A stretch of 31,240 nt of DNA from Cyanobacteria bacterium P01_D01_bin.156 (GCA_039024555.1 JBCCQQ010000070.1:1-31240), one strand, 5' to 3'. Positions 8,102 to 18,640 are shown, numbered from the stretch's first letter. Numbers and translations: made by a program. The notes: generated by a model not told the origin, from the letters alone.

Positions 8102-8887
8102 ATGCAATATGAACCCATAATTCGATTTAGCTGTTTTTTCGGTGTCTTAGTATTCATGCTCTTGTGGGAAACGATGGTTCCTCTTCGGAACCTGTCAGCT
8201 CCCAGACGCATACGCTGGTTGAGTAACGTGGGTCTATTAGTGATAGGAACAGTGCTGCTACGAGCGGCCTTTCCCATGGCTGCCGTGGGCATGGCTGCCA
8301 TCGCTGAAAAACAACAATTTGGACTAGTTCACCTTAGCCCCCTGCCTCCTTGGCAGGCTGTCGTTTTATCCATTATTGCCTTAGACTTTATTGTCTATCT
8401 AAATCACGTTCTGTTCCATGCGTTGCCTGGCCTGTGGCGAATCCATCGGGTGCACCATGCTGACCTCGATTTTGATGTGACCACCGGTCTGCGATTTCAT
8501 CCCTTTGAAATCTTGTTGTCCATGGGAGTTAAAGTCGGGTCTATTCTCTTATTGGGTACTCCAGTCATGGCTGTGCTTATTTTTGAAGTACTGCTCAATG
8601 CGACGTCCATGTTCAACCACGGGAATATACATCTACCCCATAGGGTTGATAGCCGTTTGCGTCACATTGTTGTTACACCCAGCATGCACCGCATCCATCA
8701 TTCGGCTATTACCCAGGAGACCAACAGCAACTTTGGCTTTAACCTCCCCTGGTGGGACTATCTGTTTGGTACCTATCGAGCCAAGCCATCGGTTGACGCT
8801 AAGACCATGACCATCGGCCTTAGCGAATATCAAAAAGATTGGCGAGTTGCACAGCTGCCCTGGATGCTGGCTTTTCCGTTTTTCTAA
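8102..8887 (+). CDS. Sterol desaturase / fatty acid hydroxylase family protein
   Basis: His boxes HVLFH, HRVHH, FNHGN, HRIHH; NFG; TM helices. Confidence 0.93.
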   Translation: MQYEPIIRFSCFFGVLVFMLLWETMVPLRNLSAPRRIRWLSNVGLLVIGTVLLRAAFPMAAVGMAAIAEKQQFGLVHLSPLPPWQAVVLSIIALDFIVYLNHVLFHALPGLWRIHRVHHADLDFDVTTGLRFHPFEILLSMGVKVGSILLLGTPVMAVLIFEVLLNATSMFNHGNIHLPHRVDSRLRHIVVTPSMHRIHHSAITQETNSNFGFNLPWWDYLFGTYRAKPSVDAKTMTIGLSEYQKDWRVAQLPWMLAFPFF

Positions 8888-10884
8888 ATGTCTGAGTCGT
8901 CCGGGGCTGTCAGCTCTAAAGTGTTAGCTCCCTGCATTCTTTGCCAGTCTCGGATGCGGTCCTGGGCATTGGCATAGGCTGCTGCCTGGGATGGAATTTG
9001 ACCAGCTAAGCTAATGGCCCGCTCCAGACTAATACTGGATTCACTTTCTGCTAGATTTAGCAGGTTCCAACTCCAATCGTTAATCTGGGTGAGGGCGTTT
9101 TTGTACTGACTGCTGTTGTCAGGAATTTGGTTGGCGGTAACAATGGCTCGTGCCAAGTCATTGGCGGTGCCAGAGCGGGCAATATTGTTGGCCTCTTGTA
9201 AACGAGTTGTATTTTGTTGCTGATCGCGCCAGCTGCCGAGCTCGTCTTGGATTTCGCTATAGAGAGACCGCTCTGGAGAAATCCGCGAGGCAACTGCGAT
9301 CGCACCTCCCAAATCCCCGGCTGCGGCTCGCCGTCTTGCTTCGTCTAATAAAGGCCGATCTTCAATCGCTTCCAACTGCCCTTGCCAGCCGCCGATCCGC
9401 TCTTTTGCCCGGTCAGATAAGGCCCGATCCGAGCGAATCCGCTGGGCTTCTCGAATTGCTAGCTGCAGCCCTTGGGGAGTCCCCGCCGCCGCTAGCTGGT
9501 CCGCCCGATTCAAAATAGGTAAATCCTCTGTTGTTTCCACCCGAGTTTCCCACTGGTCAATTTGGTTGGACACCTCATCCCAACGGGGATTGCCTCGATC
9601 GATCTGGCGCGCTTGCACAATGGCCGAGCGCAGGTCATTCAGATTGCCAGGAGCGGCAATCTGACGCGCCACATCTAGCTGGGCCAGGGCTTGAATTTCA
9701 GCCCGCCACTGACTGATTAACTCCTGGGCACGGCCATAGAGGGGCCGGTCTCGACCCATGCTTTGCAGACGGGTAATGGCAGAGTCTAGTCCTAGAGCAT
9801 CACCGCTCCAAGCCCGCCGATAGGCATCGATAAAGACTTGGAAGTCGGCAATTTCTGCATCCAACCCTTCATTACGTGGAATCGCCACCAGGATTTCTTC
9901 GGCCTGGGGTAGCTGTTTTCTGGCCAGAAAGCGCTCTGCCACCCTCAGCATATCCCTGGAAATATCGGACTTTGAGGTCTGGGCATCTTCGTACAGGACG
10001 CTTTCGCTGCTAATGGAGTTAATGAGCTTTAGGGCTTCCTTAAACCCCTTAACAGTACCTGCACGGGCTAAACGCCTTACCTTACCAAGCTTACGGCTGT
10101 CCTCACGGGCCATGGCGATCAGCCCAGTGAGTTCACCGTATTTGGTTTCTGACCAATGGTCGTTGCTAACGTCCAGCAGCCGTACCGATAGACCAAAGGC
10201 ATCTTTAAAGTTGCCTTCTACGAGTTGGGTCTTGGCCTGTTCAAAAATGTCTGACCCTTCTTCCCACACCCGACGCCAGCGGTTCACCGATGTTTCTACA
10301 TCGTCGGCAGCGGCGGTATGCAGGGGAATTTTTTGGGCGGTTGCGATCGCGCCATCGAGATCCCCTTGATGAAACTGATCGTCCGCCAGTTCCAGAATTT
10401 TGATAGACCAGCGCTCTACTTTGGCATTAATCTCAGCCCGCAGGGGATGATCGTCCGGCAGTTTTTCCACCAGATTGATGGCTTCTAACAAAAAATCAAC
10501 GCTGTCCTGGGCCGCATAGGACTCGGCACATTGCAGACGCATGGCAGCCGAAGCCGTAGGCCAAAACACTCCCCGGCAGTTGGGTAAATTTGGCATGCGA
10601 AACAAGCTAGACACCGCCAACGATACAGTGCCCGTCAATATAACCACCGTGGCAAGTAAAAGAAATTGCCAGCTACCCATCCACCGTAGGGCCGCTAATC
10701 CAGGGAACTTACGTGATGGTTTAGCGGCAGGCTGGGCAGAAGGAACATCCGTGGCCACCCCAGCATAGGATGGAGACGGAACAGACCGTTTACCACCTCC
10801 GCCACTAGGCTCCGGCTGAGACCGATGACTGCGGGGCACATGCACAGATTTAGAGTGACGACGGGAAGGACGTTGGGGGCTCAT
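8884..10884 (-). CDS. Conserved cyanobacterial membrane-anchored helical-repeat protein (often labelled chromosome segregation ATPase)
   Basis: Disordered N-terminus, TM helix, LPNC..VFWPTASA.MRL.CA motif, repeated AIA.A..I....Y..AQ..I..W helical units. Confidence 0.8.
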   Translation of the reverse strand: MSPQRPSRRHSKSVHVPRSHRSQPEPSGGGGKRSVPSPSYAGVATDVPSAQPAAKPSRKFPGLAALRWMGSWQFLLLATVVILTGTVSLAVSSLFRMPNLPNCRGVFWPTASAAMRLQCAESYAAQDSVDFLLEAINLVEKLPDDHPLRAEINAKVERWSIKILELADDQFHQGDLDGAIATAQKIPLHTAAADDVETSVNRWRRVWEEGSDIFEQAKTQLVEGNFKDAFGLSVRLLDVSNDHWSETKYGELTGLIAMAREDSRKLGKVRRLARAGTVKGFKEALKLINSISSESVLYEDAQTSKSDISRDMLRVAERFLARKQLPQAEEILVAIPRNEGLDAEIADFQVFIDAYRRAWSGDALGLDSAITRLQSMGRDRPLYGRAQELISQWRAEIQALAQLDVARQIAAPGNLNDLRSAIVQARQIDRGNPRWDEVSNQIDQWETRVETTEDLPILNRADQLAAAGTPQGLQLAIREAQRIRSDRALSDRAKERIGGWQGQLEAIEDRPLLDEARRRAAAGDLGGAIAVASRISPERSLYSEIQDELGSWRDQQQNTTRLQEANNIARSGTANDLARAIVTANQIPDNSSQYKNALTQINDWSWNLLNLAESESSISLERAISLAGQIPSQAAAYANAQDRIRDWQRMQGANTLELTAPDDSDI

Positions 10885-11160
10885 AAAGTATCAGCCAGAG
10901 AAAAATTAGTTGCTGAATATGCGCCACTTTAGCGCAATCCACTGGCACTGCATACGGCGACTTAGCTAAAAAAGATGCCGGTCTGGTGGGCGATAAAACC
11001 CATCGCCTATGGTAGCCCGCGATCTTCATGCTGTTTCCATTGCACCTAAATCTTGGAAACTATTTAACATTTCACAGCACGGTCGATGTCTATCCCAGAT
11101 ACCAATACAGAGTGGGATATGAGTTTGGAGTTCGGAAATTCCGGCTTCCGACTTCCAACT

Positions 11161-12402
11161 TCAGCCCCCTGCCCCCTGCCCCGTCATCAAAGCCCTGATG
11201 GGTTGACCGGCCTGGATCAACGTTTCTCCCAGCGGCACCTGAGCTAAGCCATTGGTTCGACTCAGGTTGACTAGATTTCCAGAACTATGGCCACCGGCTG
11301 CCACCGTAAAGTGATAACCATCCTGGGCCAAGGATAGCTGTCCCCATAAATAGGTTTCTCGTTTTCCCCCTGCTTTCAGGTCGTTATCGGTGATGGCACT
11401 CACAAAGGTGGGCGACCAACCACCTTGCCGTCCCGAGAGCTTGCGTAGGGCAGGTTGTACAAACCGCCAAAAGCTCACCAAAGACGATACTGGGTTTCCC
11501 GGCAATCCAAAATATAGCTGCTGTTGCTGGCTGCCTTCAAAGTTTTCAAAGGTGGCTACCGTCAGCGGTTTACCCGGTTTGACGGCAACGGCACGAATAT
11601 GAATTTTCGCTCCCAGTTCCGCCAAAATTTGATCCACATAGTCGTAGTCTCCCACCGACACACCACCGGAGGAAATCACCATGTCTGTCTGGGTTAGGGC
11701 CTCCGTGATGGCCTGCCGTGTAGCCGCAGGCTGATCGGGCACAATGCCCAAAGGAATTGGTTCTGCCCCCGTTTGGGCCACGAGCGCCGCCAACGCATAG
11801 CGGTTGGAGTCCACAATCTGTCCTGGTCCCAAAGGCTGATGAATCTCCACCAGCTCATCTCCGGTGGAAAGAATCGCTACCCGAGGCCGCCGATAGACTG
11901 GCACCGTCCCACATTGGGCCGCGGCCAGTACCGCAGTTTCGGCTGCCCCTAATTCAATGCCGGGGGACAGTAGCGTGGCTCCCGCCTGGTAAAAGCTTCC
12001 CTGGTGGCGCACAAATGCTTGGGCCTTGGCCGCTTCTAGGACCGTAACCCGGTCTCCCTGACGCTGGGTATTTTCTTGAATCACAATGGTGTCTGCACCG
12101 GAGGGCATCATCCCACCGGTAAAAATTCGGGCCGCCTGACCTGGCCCCACTGGGACCTGGGGGACCTGTCCTGCGGGAATTTCTTCCACTACCGTTAGCT
12201 GTATGGGCGCTGTGGTTACGTCTTCGTAGCGGACGGCGTAGCCATCCATGGCAGAGTTATCCCAGTGGGGAAAATCCAGCTGGCTGCGAATCGTTCCCCC
12301 TAGTACCCGTCCCAAACTGTTTCCTAAGGGAACCGTCTCAGTGTCCCTAATGGGGGAAACCAGGTCTAAAATCAATTTTTCCGCGTCGTGGGCAGGCACC
12401 AT
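11161..12402 (-). CDS. moeA: Molybdopterin molybdotransferase MoeA
   Basis: DNSAMDGYA, RIFTGG.MP.GAD, STGDEL, SSGGVSVGDYD, KPGKP, GLPGNPVS. Confidence 0.96.
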   Translation of the reverse strand: MVPAHDAEKLILDLVSPIRDTETVPLGNSLGRVLGGTIRSQLDFPHWDNSAMDGYAVRYEDVTTAPIQLTVVEEIPAGQVPQVPVGPGQAARIFTGGMMPSGADTIVIQENTQRQGDRVTVLEAAKAQAFVRHQGSFYQAGATLLSPGIELGAAETAVLAAAQCGTVPVYRRPRVAILSTGDELVEIHQPLGPGQIVDSNRYALAALVAQTGAEPIPLGIVPDQPAATRQAITEALTQTDMVISSGGVSVGDYDYVDQILAELGAKIHIRAVAVKPGKPLTVATFENFEGSQQQQLYFGLPGNPVSSLVSFWRFVQPALRKLSGRQGGWSPTFVSAITDNDLKAGGKRETYLWGQLSLAQDGYHFTVAAGGHSSGNLVNLSRTNGLAQVPLGETLIQAGQPIRALMTGQGAGG

Positions 12403-12457
12403 GTCTGGGTTATTGGTTTAAAGTCAAATCAGCACGAACCATTCCCAACCATATCAA

Positions 12458-13834
12458 ATGACCCTTGCTGCCACCCTTAAACATCGTCGCCAACAGCTTG
12501 CTCGTCATCTGGATATCCCAGCCCTACTGTGGTCCGGTCGCTCCACCCCCCGGAATTTTCCCGCTAATACCCATCCGTTTCGCCCCAGCAGCCACTTTCT
12601 TTACTTTGCGGGCTTGCCCCTAGAAAATGCGGCGATCCACCTAGCCGATGGTCAACTCACATTGTTTATGGATGAAGCTACCCCTGCTCAAGCTCTGTGG
12701 CATGGCCCCAGCCCTAGTCGTAAGGAGTTAGCGACCAAAATCGGAGCGGACAATGCCCTACCCTTAGCTGACCTAGGGCAGTTTGTCGGGGAGCATGTAG
12801 CCACCCTGAAAGTGCAGGACAGTGCAACTGCATCCCAACAGGAAGAGGCATTAAAGCGATCTATCCCCCCAGCGAAACAATCACAACAACAAGATTTAAG
12901 TCTCCTTGAGGCCATTGTTCAACTGCGTCTGTGCCACGATCGCCATGCCCTAGATGAAATTCAACGGGCGGCAACGGTGTCGGTGGCCGCCCACAAAATG
13001 GGAATGGCGACAACCCAAGCAAATCTTACCGAAGCGAATATTCGGGCTGCCATGGAACAGGTGATTATGGCCCACAGCATGACCTGTGCTTACAACAGTA
13101 TTGTCACGGTACATGGAGAAGTTTTACATAACAACCACTATCACCATACTCTCGGAGAGAATGATTTAATCTTGGCGGATGTAGGGGCGGAAACGTACAC
13201 AGGCTGGGCATCGGACATTACTCGCACCTGGCCTGTAGGTGGTAAATTCTCCTCAACACAGCGAGATATTTATGAGATTGTGTTGGCCGCCCATGATGCC
13301 TGTATTGAGGTGGCAAAGCCTGGGGTGGAATATCGCGAGCTGCATTTGCTGGCCTGCCGAACCCTAGCAGTGGGTCTGGTGGATCTGGGAATTCTTATGG
13401 GAGAACCAGACGACTTGGTGGAACAGGATGCCCATACGTTGTTTTTTCCCCACGGGGTGGGGCATCTGCTGGGATTGGACGTGCACGATATGGAAGACCT
13501 GGGAGATTTAGCAGGCTATGCCCCTGGTCGCCAGCGCAGCGATCGCTTTGGGCTTGGGTTCCTGCGGTTAGATAGACCTTTGCAAACCAATATGGTGGTA
13601 ACCGTCGAGCCTGGTTTTTACCAGGTACCAGGGATCTTGGACGATAGGAAAAATCGCGATCGCTACGCCAGCATGGTCAACTGGGAGCGTCTTCAACAAT
13701 TTGCTGATGTGCGTGGAATCCGCATAGAAGACGATGTGTTGATTACCGATGAGGGATGTGATGTACTGACAGCAGAGCTGCCGACCCAAGCAAACGACAT
13801 CGAGGAATTAACACTCCGGAAGGTTGCACCATAG
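12458..13834 (+). CDS. pepP: Xaa-Pro aminopeptidase (aminopeptidase P, M24B)
   Basis: LADVGAE, ASDITRTWP, HGVGHLLGLDVHD, TVEPGFY, GIRIEDD. Confidence 0.93.
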   Translation: MTLAATLKHRRQQLARHLDIPALLWSGRSTPRNFPANTHPFRPSSHFLYFAGLPLENAAIHLADGQLTLFMDEATPAQALWHGPSPSRKELATKIGADNALPLADLGQFVGEHVATLKVQDSATASQQEEALKRSIPPAKQSQQQDLSLLEAIVQLRLCHDRHALDEIQRAATVSVAAHKMGMATTQANLTEANIRAAMEQVIMAHSMTCAYNSIVTVHGEVLHNNHYHHTLGENDLILADVGAETYTGWASDITRTWPVGGKFSSTQRDIYEIVLAAHDACIEVAKPGVEYRELHLLACRTLAVGLVDLGILMGEPDDLVEQDAHTLFFPHGVGHLLGLDVHDMEDLGDLAGYAPGRQRSDRFGLGFLRLDRPLQTNMVVTVEPGFYQVPGILDDRKNRDRYASMVNWERLQQFADVRGIRIEDDVLITDEGCDVLTAELPTQANDIEELTLRKVAP

Positions 13835-14172
13835 GACTACAACCGCCAGATGGCGTAGACTGCCTACAGGGAAAATACTGTTGACAGTATAGCCATTATT
13901 GTTCTGGAAGTTTGTTTATGCGGCATCCTCTTAAATTATGCGTTTGTTGAATTCAACAAAAATTATTAAGACTGTGTGAGTAACCGTCGGTTCAACGTGC
14001 GTTTGGTCTCAGGATATCAATGCAACGGATTTTCTTCAGATCTCTGAAACCTTTTCCAGACAAGAGAATGGAAGTATATCGATGAAAAACAAAGAAAATA
14101 GCCTCTAGGGTTGTTTTATAAGCACAGCATGAAGCACCGTCTTTATACTCTTCTTCATCGTGTTTAGAGTCC

Positions 14173-14200
14173 TTGACAAACAAAGTGAGGCTCCTAAAAT
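14173..14200 (+). promoter_or_regulatory. Possible sigma70-type promoter
   Basis: TTGACA-N16-TAAAAT; suboptimal spacer, about 490 bp upstream of the 14687 ORF. Confidence 0.3.
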
Positions 14201-14686
14201 GAGACAGGGATTAAAACCTTCTTAAGAAGGAGACTTTTTAGGCATTTCGTGACCTAGGTCTTAAATCGTTTTCAATACGTTTAGTTTTAATAATCTTAGT
14301 GAGAATGACTTTAATGGACATGTGGCCTACAGCATCTTCTCTTAGTGCACAACGGTGCGTGAAAACACGGCTAAATGAGTCAATGATCGTACAGCCTGGA
14401 TTTTGTTGAAGCGGGCAAATTGATTGCTGTGCCGACATATGCTCATAGCGATGAGAATATTAGACGGCTAGATTATTGACAAAGGCCCCTATTGTTGAAG
14501 AATAACAAAAAGACTTAGAGGCTGTTTTATTTAACAGCCTCAGTGAAGTTTCTGTTGCTGATTTAGGCTGATTTACGGAATGCGACGATCTGCAGAACGT
14601 CGCAGGGTTAAGAATTTGCTCCCTAAAATCATCCTGAGGATCCGCAACGCTCCATTTTATCCAAGCTACTTTAACCCATTCAAACA

Positions 14687-15757
14687 ATGATGTTTCAGTC
14701 TACACAGGTTATCTCTAGCCCCTACACCAATGACTTTTCCCATATGTGGGCAGATCGATATACCCTAGACGCAGTTAAGCTTTTACAGATTTATACACGG
14801 TCAGATTTAGTCAGGGCAGCCAGTCAAGAAGGCCGTCAACAAACGGTTGCTAAAGTCAAAAAATGGTTGACAGTCAGTAGTGAGCTCGCTGAATTAAAAA
14901 CTAATCAGCTATTTGCTGGTCAAGCTAACATTGTCGAATTTGTCGAAATTAAAGGTCTCGCTAAGCAGATTGAGACAATCTATACTGAACTGCTCGATCT
15001 TTATCAAAATCAGTCCGCAGAATTAGCTGGCAATTTATTTCAAGGTGCTTTAACCAGTTACTATATGGACAGGGGATATGGTCAAAAACAACTCAGAGCA
15101 GCTGATTTACATGCCTTTGAGAAAAGTACAGTTGAGGTCAAGTCTCTCTTGTCGCTCTTTAGAGAACAAAAATTCTCCTGTAGAGATTCTCGCATTATGG
15201 GTTTTATGAGTACCCATTTTCATCTTGTAACGGCCTCTTTAAAGAATCACTTATCCCCTGTTGAAACTGCGTTACTAGAGCCTTACATGCGTTTTCTTGA
15301 GGAGCAGGCCTGTATCCCCTGGGAAAGACTTTGTAAAGCTGCTAATCGATATGATGCTTATAATCCTACAGTAGGATTAGCCAGAAATATGTTGAGCCAA
15401 AGTCAAGAGATTTCTCAGCAGATTTATAATCATGCCTTAACTCATTTTCCGTATCATCAAAGCCATCATGGATATCTCAGAGAAGCCCATATAGCAACGT
15501 CTTCCATTCGTGACCTAACCATGTTCCAAGTGTATATTTGGCTATGCATTTTAGAGGGTAACAGCTCATCAATAGAACATGAGCTGTTACCCCTGTGTCG
15601 GATGGTGTATTCAAGTCTTTCTGTTGACTGGGAACTGGTAGAGTTTGGCATCAACAGAATTGTTGCTAATATTCTTCAATGCATAGACGACAACTCTGTA
15701 TGGACGGTTCAACCCGGCTTAGAACGAATTTTATTCCTCTTCTCGCAGCCCCGATAA
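14687..15757 (+). CDS. Hypothetical protein (356 aa), all-helical, possible globin/phycobiliprotein-like C-terminal domain
   Basis: Long ATG ORF; C-terminal SSIRDLTMFQVYIWLCILEG resembles the RD helix of phycobiliprotein-like folds (weak, by eye). Confidence 0.75.
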   Translation: MMFQSTQVISSPYTNDFSHMWADRYTLDAVKLLQIYTRSDLVRAASQEGRQQTVAKVKKWLTVSSELAELKTNQLFAGQANIVEFVEIKGLAKQIETIYTELLDLYQNQSAELAGNLFQGALTSYYMDRGYGQKQLRAADLHAFEKSTVEVKSLLSLFREQKFSCRDSRIMGFMSTHFHLVTASLKNHLSPVETALLEPYMRFLEEQACIPWERLCKAANRYDAYNPTVGLARNMLSQSQEISQQIYNHALTHFPYHQSHHGYLREAHIATSSIRDLTMFQVYIWLCILEGNSSSIEHELLPLCRMVYSSLSVDWELVEFGINRIVANILQCIDDNSVWTVQPGLERILFLFSQPR

Positions 15758-15770
15758 CGTTGTTGATCGG

Positions 15771-17111
15771 CTAGCGCATAGTCACAAATTCTTCTGCGGA
15801 GCTGGGATGAATACCCACGGTGGCATCAAAATCCGCTTTCGTAGCACCCATTTTGATTGCGATCGCAACTCCCTGAATAATCTCAGCCGCAGAATCTCCT
15901 ACCATGTGGGCTCCTAGTACTCGGTCATTTTGTACGTGAACCACCAGCTTCATCAGGGTTTTCTCCTCTAGTTTTGGCAGCGCATAATACATGGGACGAA
16001 ACCGCGAGCGATAAACTCGGATAGCGGCTTCACCGTACTTTTCAATGGCATCAGTTTCGGTCATACCCACCGTTGCGACCTCAGGGCTGGTGAATACTGC
16101 CGAAGGAACATTATCGTGGTTCATCACCCCGCGTTTGCCACCGTAGTGGGTATCTGCAAACACCCGCCCTTCACTAATAGCCACTGGCGTCAGATTAATG
16201 CGGTCCGTGCAGTCCCCCACTGCAAAAATATTCGGTTCTGTAGTTTGGCTGTGGGCATCCACAACAATGGCGCCTTTATGGACCTCGACCCGAGTGTTTT
16301 CCAATCCTAGATTTTCTAACCGGGGTATCCGTCCTAGCGCAGCCAGCCCCACCACATCAGTAAACACCATCTGGTTGCTTTTTAGATTTACCTGCAGTCC
16401 CGTCTCTGTTTTTTCCAGGCTCACCAACTCATCGGTGATGATGCGGATGCCGTGGCGTTCCATGGCATCCTGTACTTCGGTGCGAATGTCTTCATCAAAG
16501 CCCCGCAAAATCTTGTCCCGTCGGATAACCTGAGTGACTTCGGTACCCAGGGCGTTTAACACACAGGCAAACTCACAGCCAATGTAGCCACCGCCAAAAA
16601 TTACCATGCGCTTAGGCTGTTGGGCTAAATTAAAAATCTCATCGGATGTAATCGCCAGGGCAATGCCAGGAATATTGGGGCGACTGGGTTTACCCCCCAC
16701 GGCAATTAAAATTTTCTCAGCGGTGACAGTTTCTCCGGCGACTTTCACCGTATGGGAGTCAACAATCCGAGCATGACCTGAATAAAGCGTAACCTCAGCA
16801 TTGTCAATCATCCGTTGATAGATGCTATTCAGACGAGTAACCTCAGCATTAACGGCTGTGATCATCTGCTCCCAGCTAAACTGCCCCGGTTCAAAACTCC
16901 AACCATAGCCTGCCGCCTCCTGAACATGGCTAGCAAAGTGAGAGGCATAGACCATGAGCTTTTTAGGCACACAGCCTCGATTGACACAGGTACCTCCCAG
17001 ACGGTCAAACTCTGCTATAGCCACCTTAGCCCCGTATTGGGCCGCCCGCCTGGCCGTGGCAATACCACCGGAACCAGCCCCAATGGTGAACAGATTAAAA
17101 TCGTAGGTCAT
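15771..17111 (-). CDS. gor: Glutathione-disulfide reductase
   Basis: GAGSGG, GGTCVNRGCVPKK, GGGYIGCE, C-terminal IHPSSAEEFVTMR. Confidence 0.96.
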   Translation of the reverse strand: MTYDFNLFTIGAGSGGIATARRAAQYGAKVAIAEFDRLGGTCVNRGCVPKKLMVYASHFASHVQEAAGYGWSFEPGQFSWEQMITAVNAEVTRLNSIYQRMIDNAEVTLYSGHARIVDSHTVKVAGETVTAEKILIAVGGKPSRPNIPGIALAITSDEIFNLAQQPKRMVIFGGGYIGCEFACVLNALGTEVTQVIRRDKILRGFDEDIRTEVQDAMERHGIRIITDELVSLEKTETGLQVNLKSNQMVFTDVVGLAALGRIPRLENLGLENTRVEVHKGAIVVDAHSQTTEPNIFAVGDCTDRINLTPVAISEGRVFADTHYGGKRGVMNHDNVPSAVFTSPEVATVGMTETDAIEKYGEAAIRVYRSRFRPMYYALPKLEEKTLMKLVVHVQNDRVLGAHMVGDSAAEIIQGVAIAIKMGATKADFDATVGIHPSSAEEFVTMR

Positions 17112-17161
17112 GTGTCTTTTTGCCCTCTACACCTTGGCTATAGTCAGAACCGTTAATGCCG

Positions 17162-18553
17162 TTAGCGGGTGACTAGTTTTTTGATCTGGGCTAACTTGGA
17201 CGACTTATAGGGGGCATAGCGCCAGTCCAAATCAAACCAAAAGGTCTTTCTAAGCACACTTTTATAGTGGGAAAAGGTATCAAAGGTGGCCTTACCGTGG
17301 TAGCTCCCCATACCACTATGCCCCACACCGCCAAAGGGCAAATCAGGCACACCAATGTGCAACACCGTATCGTTTAAACAGACGCCACCGGACGATGTTG
17401 CCGTGAGTACCTGTTGCTGTTTGGTGCGATCGCGAGAGAACAAATACAGGGCTAGGGGCTTAGGGCGGGCATTAATGCAGTCAATGGCCTCGTCCAAGTG
17501 CTCATAGGTTAGTACAGGTAAAATTGGCCCAAATATCTCATCCTGCATGACGTCTGCATCCCAGGTAACGTTATCCAAGATAGTGGGGGCAATGTAGCGG
17601 GTACTGGCATCGGTTTGACCGCCTAACAGCACTGTGCCGCTATCCAGAAGGCCGGTTAGGCGCTCAAACTGGCGCTGGTTGATAATACGACTCAGATCGG
17701 CGCTCTGGGCGGGATCATCGCCAAAGAACTCACCAATAGCTTCGGTAAGCTTGGGAAGAAACGCATCTTTAATGGTGCGATCAACCAAGAGATAATCCGG
17801 TGCGATACAGGTTTGGCCAGCGTTGATAAATTTCCCCCAAGCAATGCGCTTAGCAGCGTGATCCACGTTAATGTCAGCATCGACAATGCAGGGACTCTTA
17901 CCCCCCAACTCCAGGGTGACCGGTGTCAGGTGCTTGGCGGCGGCCTCCATGACAATGCGGCCAATGGCGGTACCGCCAGTAAAGAAAATATGATCAAACT
18001 TTTCAGCGAGCAGGGTTTGGCTTACTTCGGCATCCCCTTCAAATAGGGTGATGTAGTCGGGGTCGAAGGTATCTGCTACCAGGTCTGCTACCACCCTAGC
18101 GGTTGCAGGAGCATGTTCTGAGGGTTTAAGAATGGCACAGTTGCCAGCTGCGATCGCGCCCACCAAAGGAGACATCATCAGCTGAAACGGATAGTTCCAA
18201 GGACCAATAACTAGAACCACACCCAAGGGGTCAGGCTGAATCCAAGCCGACGATGGAAAATTCTCCAGGGTGGACTTTACCCGCTTAGGCTTCATCCAAG
18301 CCTTGAGCTTTTTAAGGGCTAAATTAATTTCTGTGAGGGTGGCAATTTCAAAATATGCTTCAAACTCAGGGCGTCCTAAATCTGCCTTGGCTGCAGCGAC
18401 GATATCCGCCTGTCGGTCAATGATCGCCTGCTTAAGTTTAGATAACTGCGCCAGACGAAATTCGATAGGTTTTGTTTGACCGGTGGCGAAAAACTGTCGC
18501 TGATGCTTAATGGCTGAAGGGATGGCAGAAGATTTAGTAAGCTGAGCCGTCAT
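17162..18553 (-). CDS. Aldehyde dehydrogenase (class 3-like)
   Basis: PWNYP, KPSE, FTGGT, LELGGKSP, AGQTCIAPDY, EIFGPILP, PFGGVG.SG.G.YHG. Confidence 0.96.
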   Translation of the reverse strand: MTAQLTKSSAIPSAIKHQRQFFATGQTKPIEFRLAQLSKLKQAIIDRQADIVAAAKADLGRPEFEAYFEIATLTEINLALKKLKAWMKPKRVKSTLENFPSSAWIQPDPLGVVLVIGPWNYPFQLMMSPLVGAIAAGNCAILKPSEHAPATARVVADLVADTFDPDYITLFEGDAEVSQTLLAEKFDHIFFTGGTAIGRIVMEAAAKHLTPVTLELGGKSPCIVDADINVDHAAKRIAWGKFINAGQTCIAPDYLLVDRTIKDAFLPKLTEAIGEFFGDDPAQSADLSRIINQRQFERLTGLLDSGTVLLGGQTDASTRYIAPTILDNVTWDADVMQDEIFGPILPVLTYEHLDEAIDCINARPKPLALYLFSRDRTKQQQVLTATSSGGVCLNDTVLHIGVPDLPFGGVGHSGMGSYHGKATFDTFSHYKSVLRKTFWFDLDWRYAPYKSSKLAQIKKLVTR

Positions 18554-18640
18554 AGGGCAGGATTAAATTTATAGCTGAACGCGCATTCCACATCCTATGA
18601 TGTCGTGAATTCAAGGATCTGACTAGTGGGAAGTACGCCC

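Noticed and set aside
11122..11160. Imperfect hairpin after the moeA stop as an intrinsic terminator
   Set aside because: Mismatched stem and no U-tract on the minus strand; too weak to call.
13992..14687. Three short minus-strand ORFs in the long intergenic region
   Set aside because: No recognisable motifs or convincing RBS; lengths are compatible with chance.
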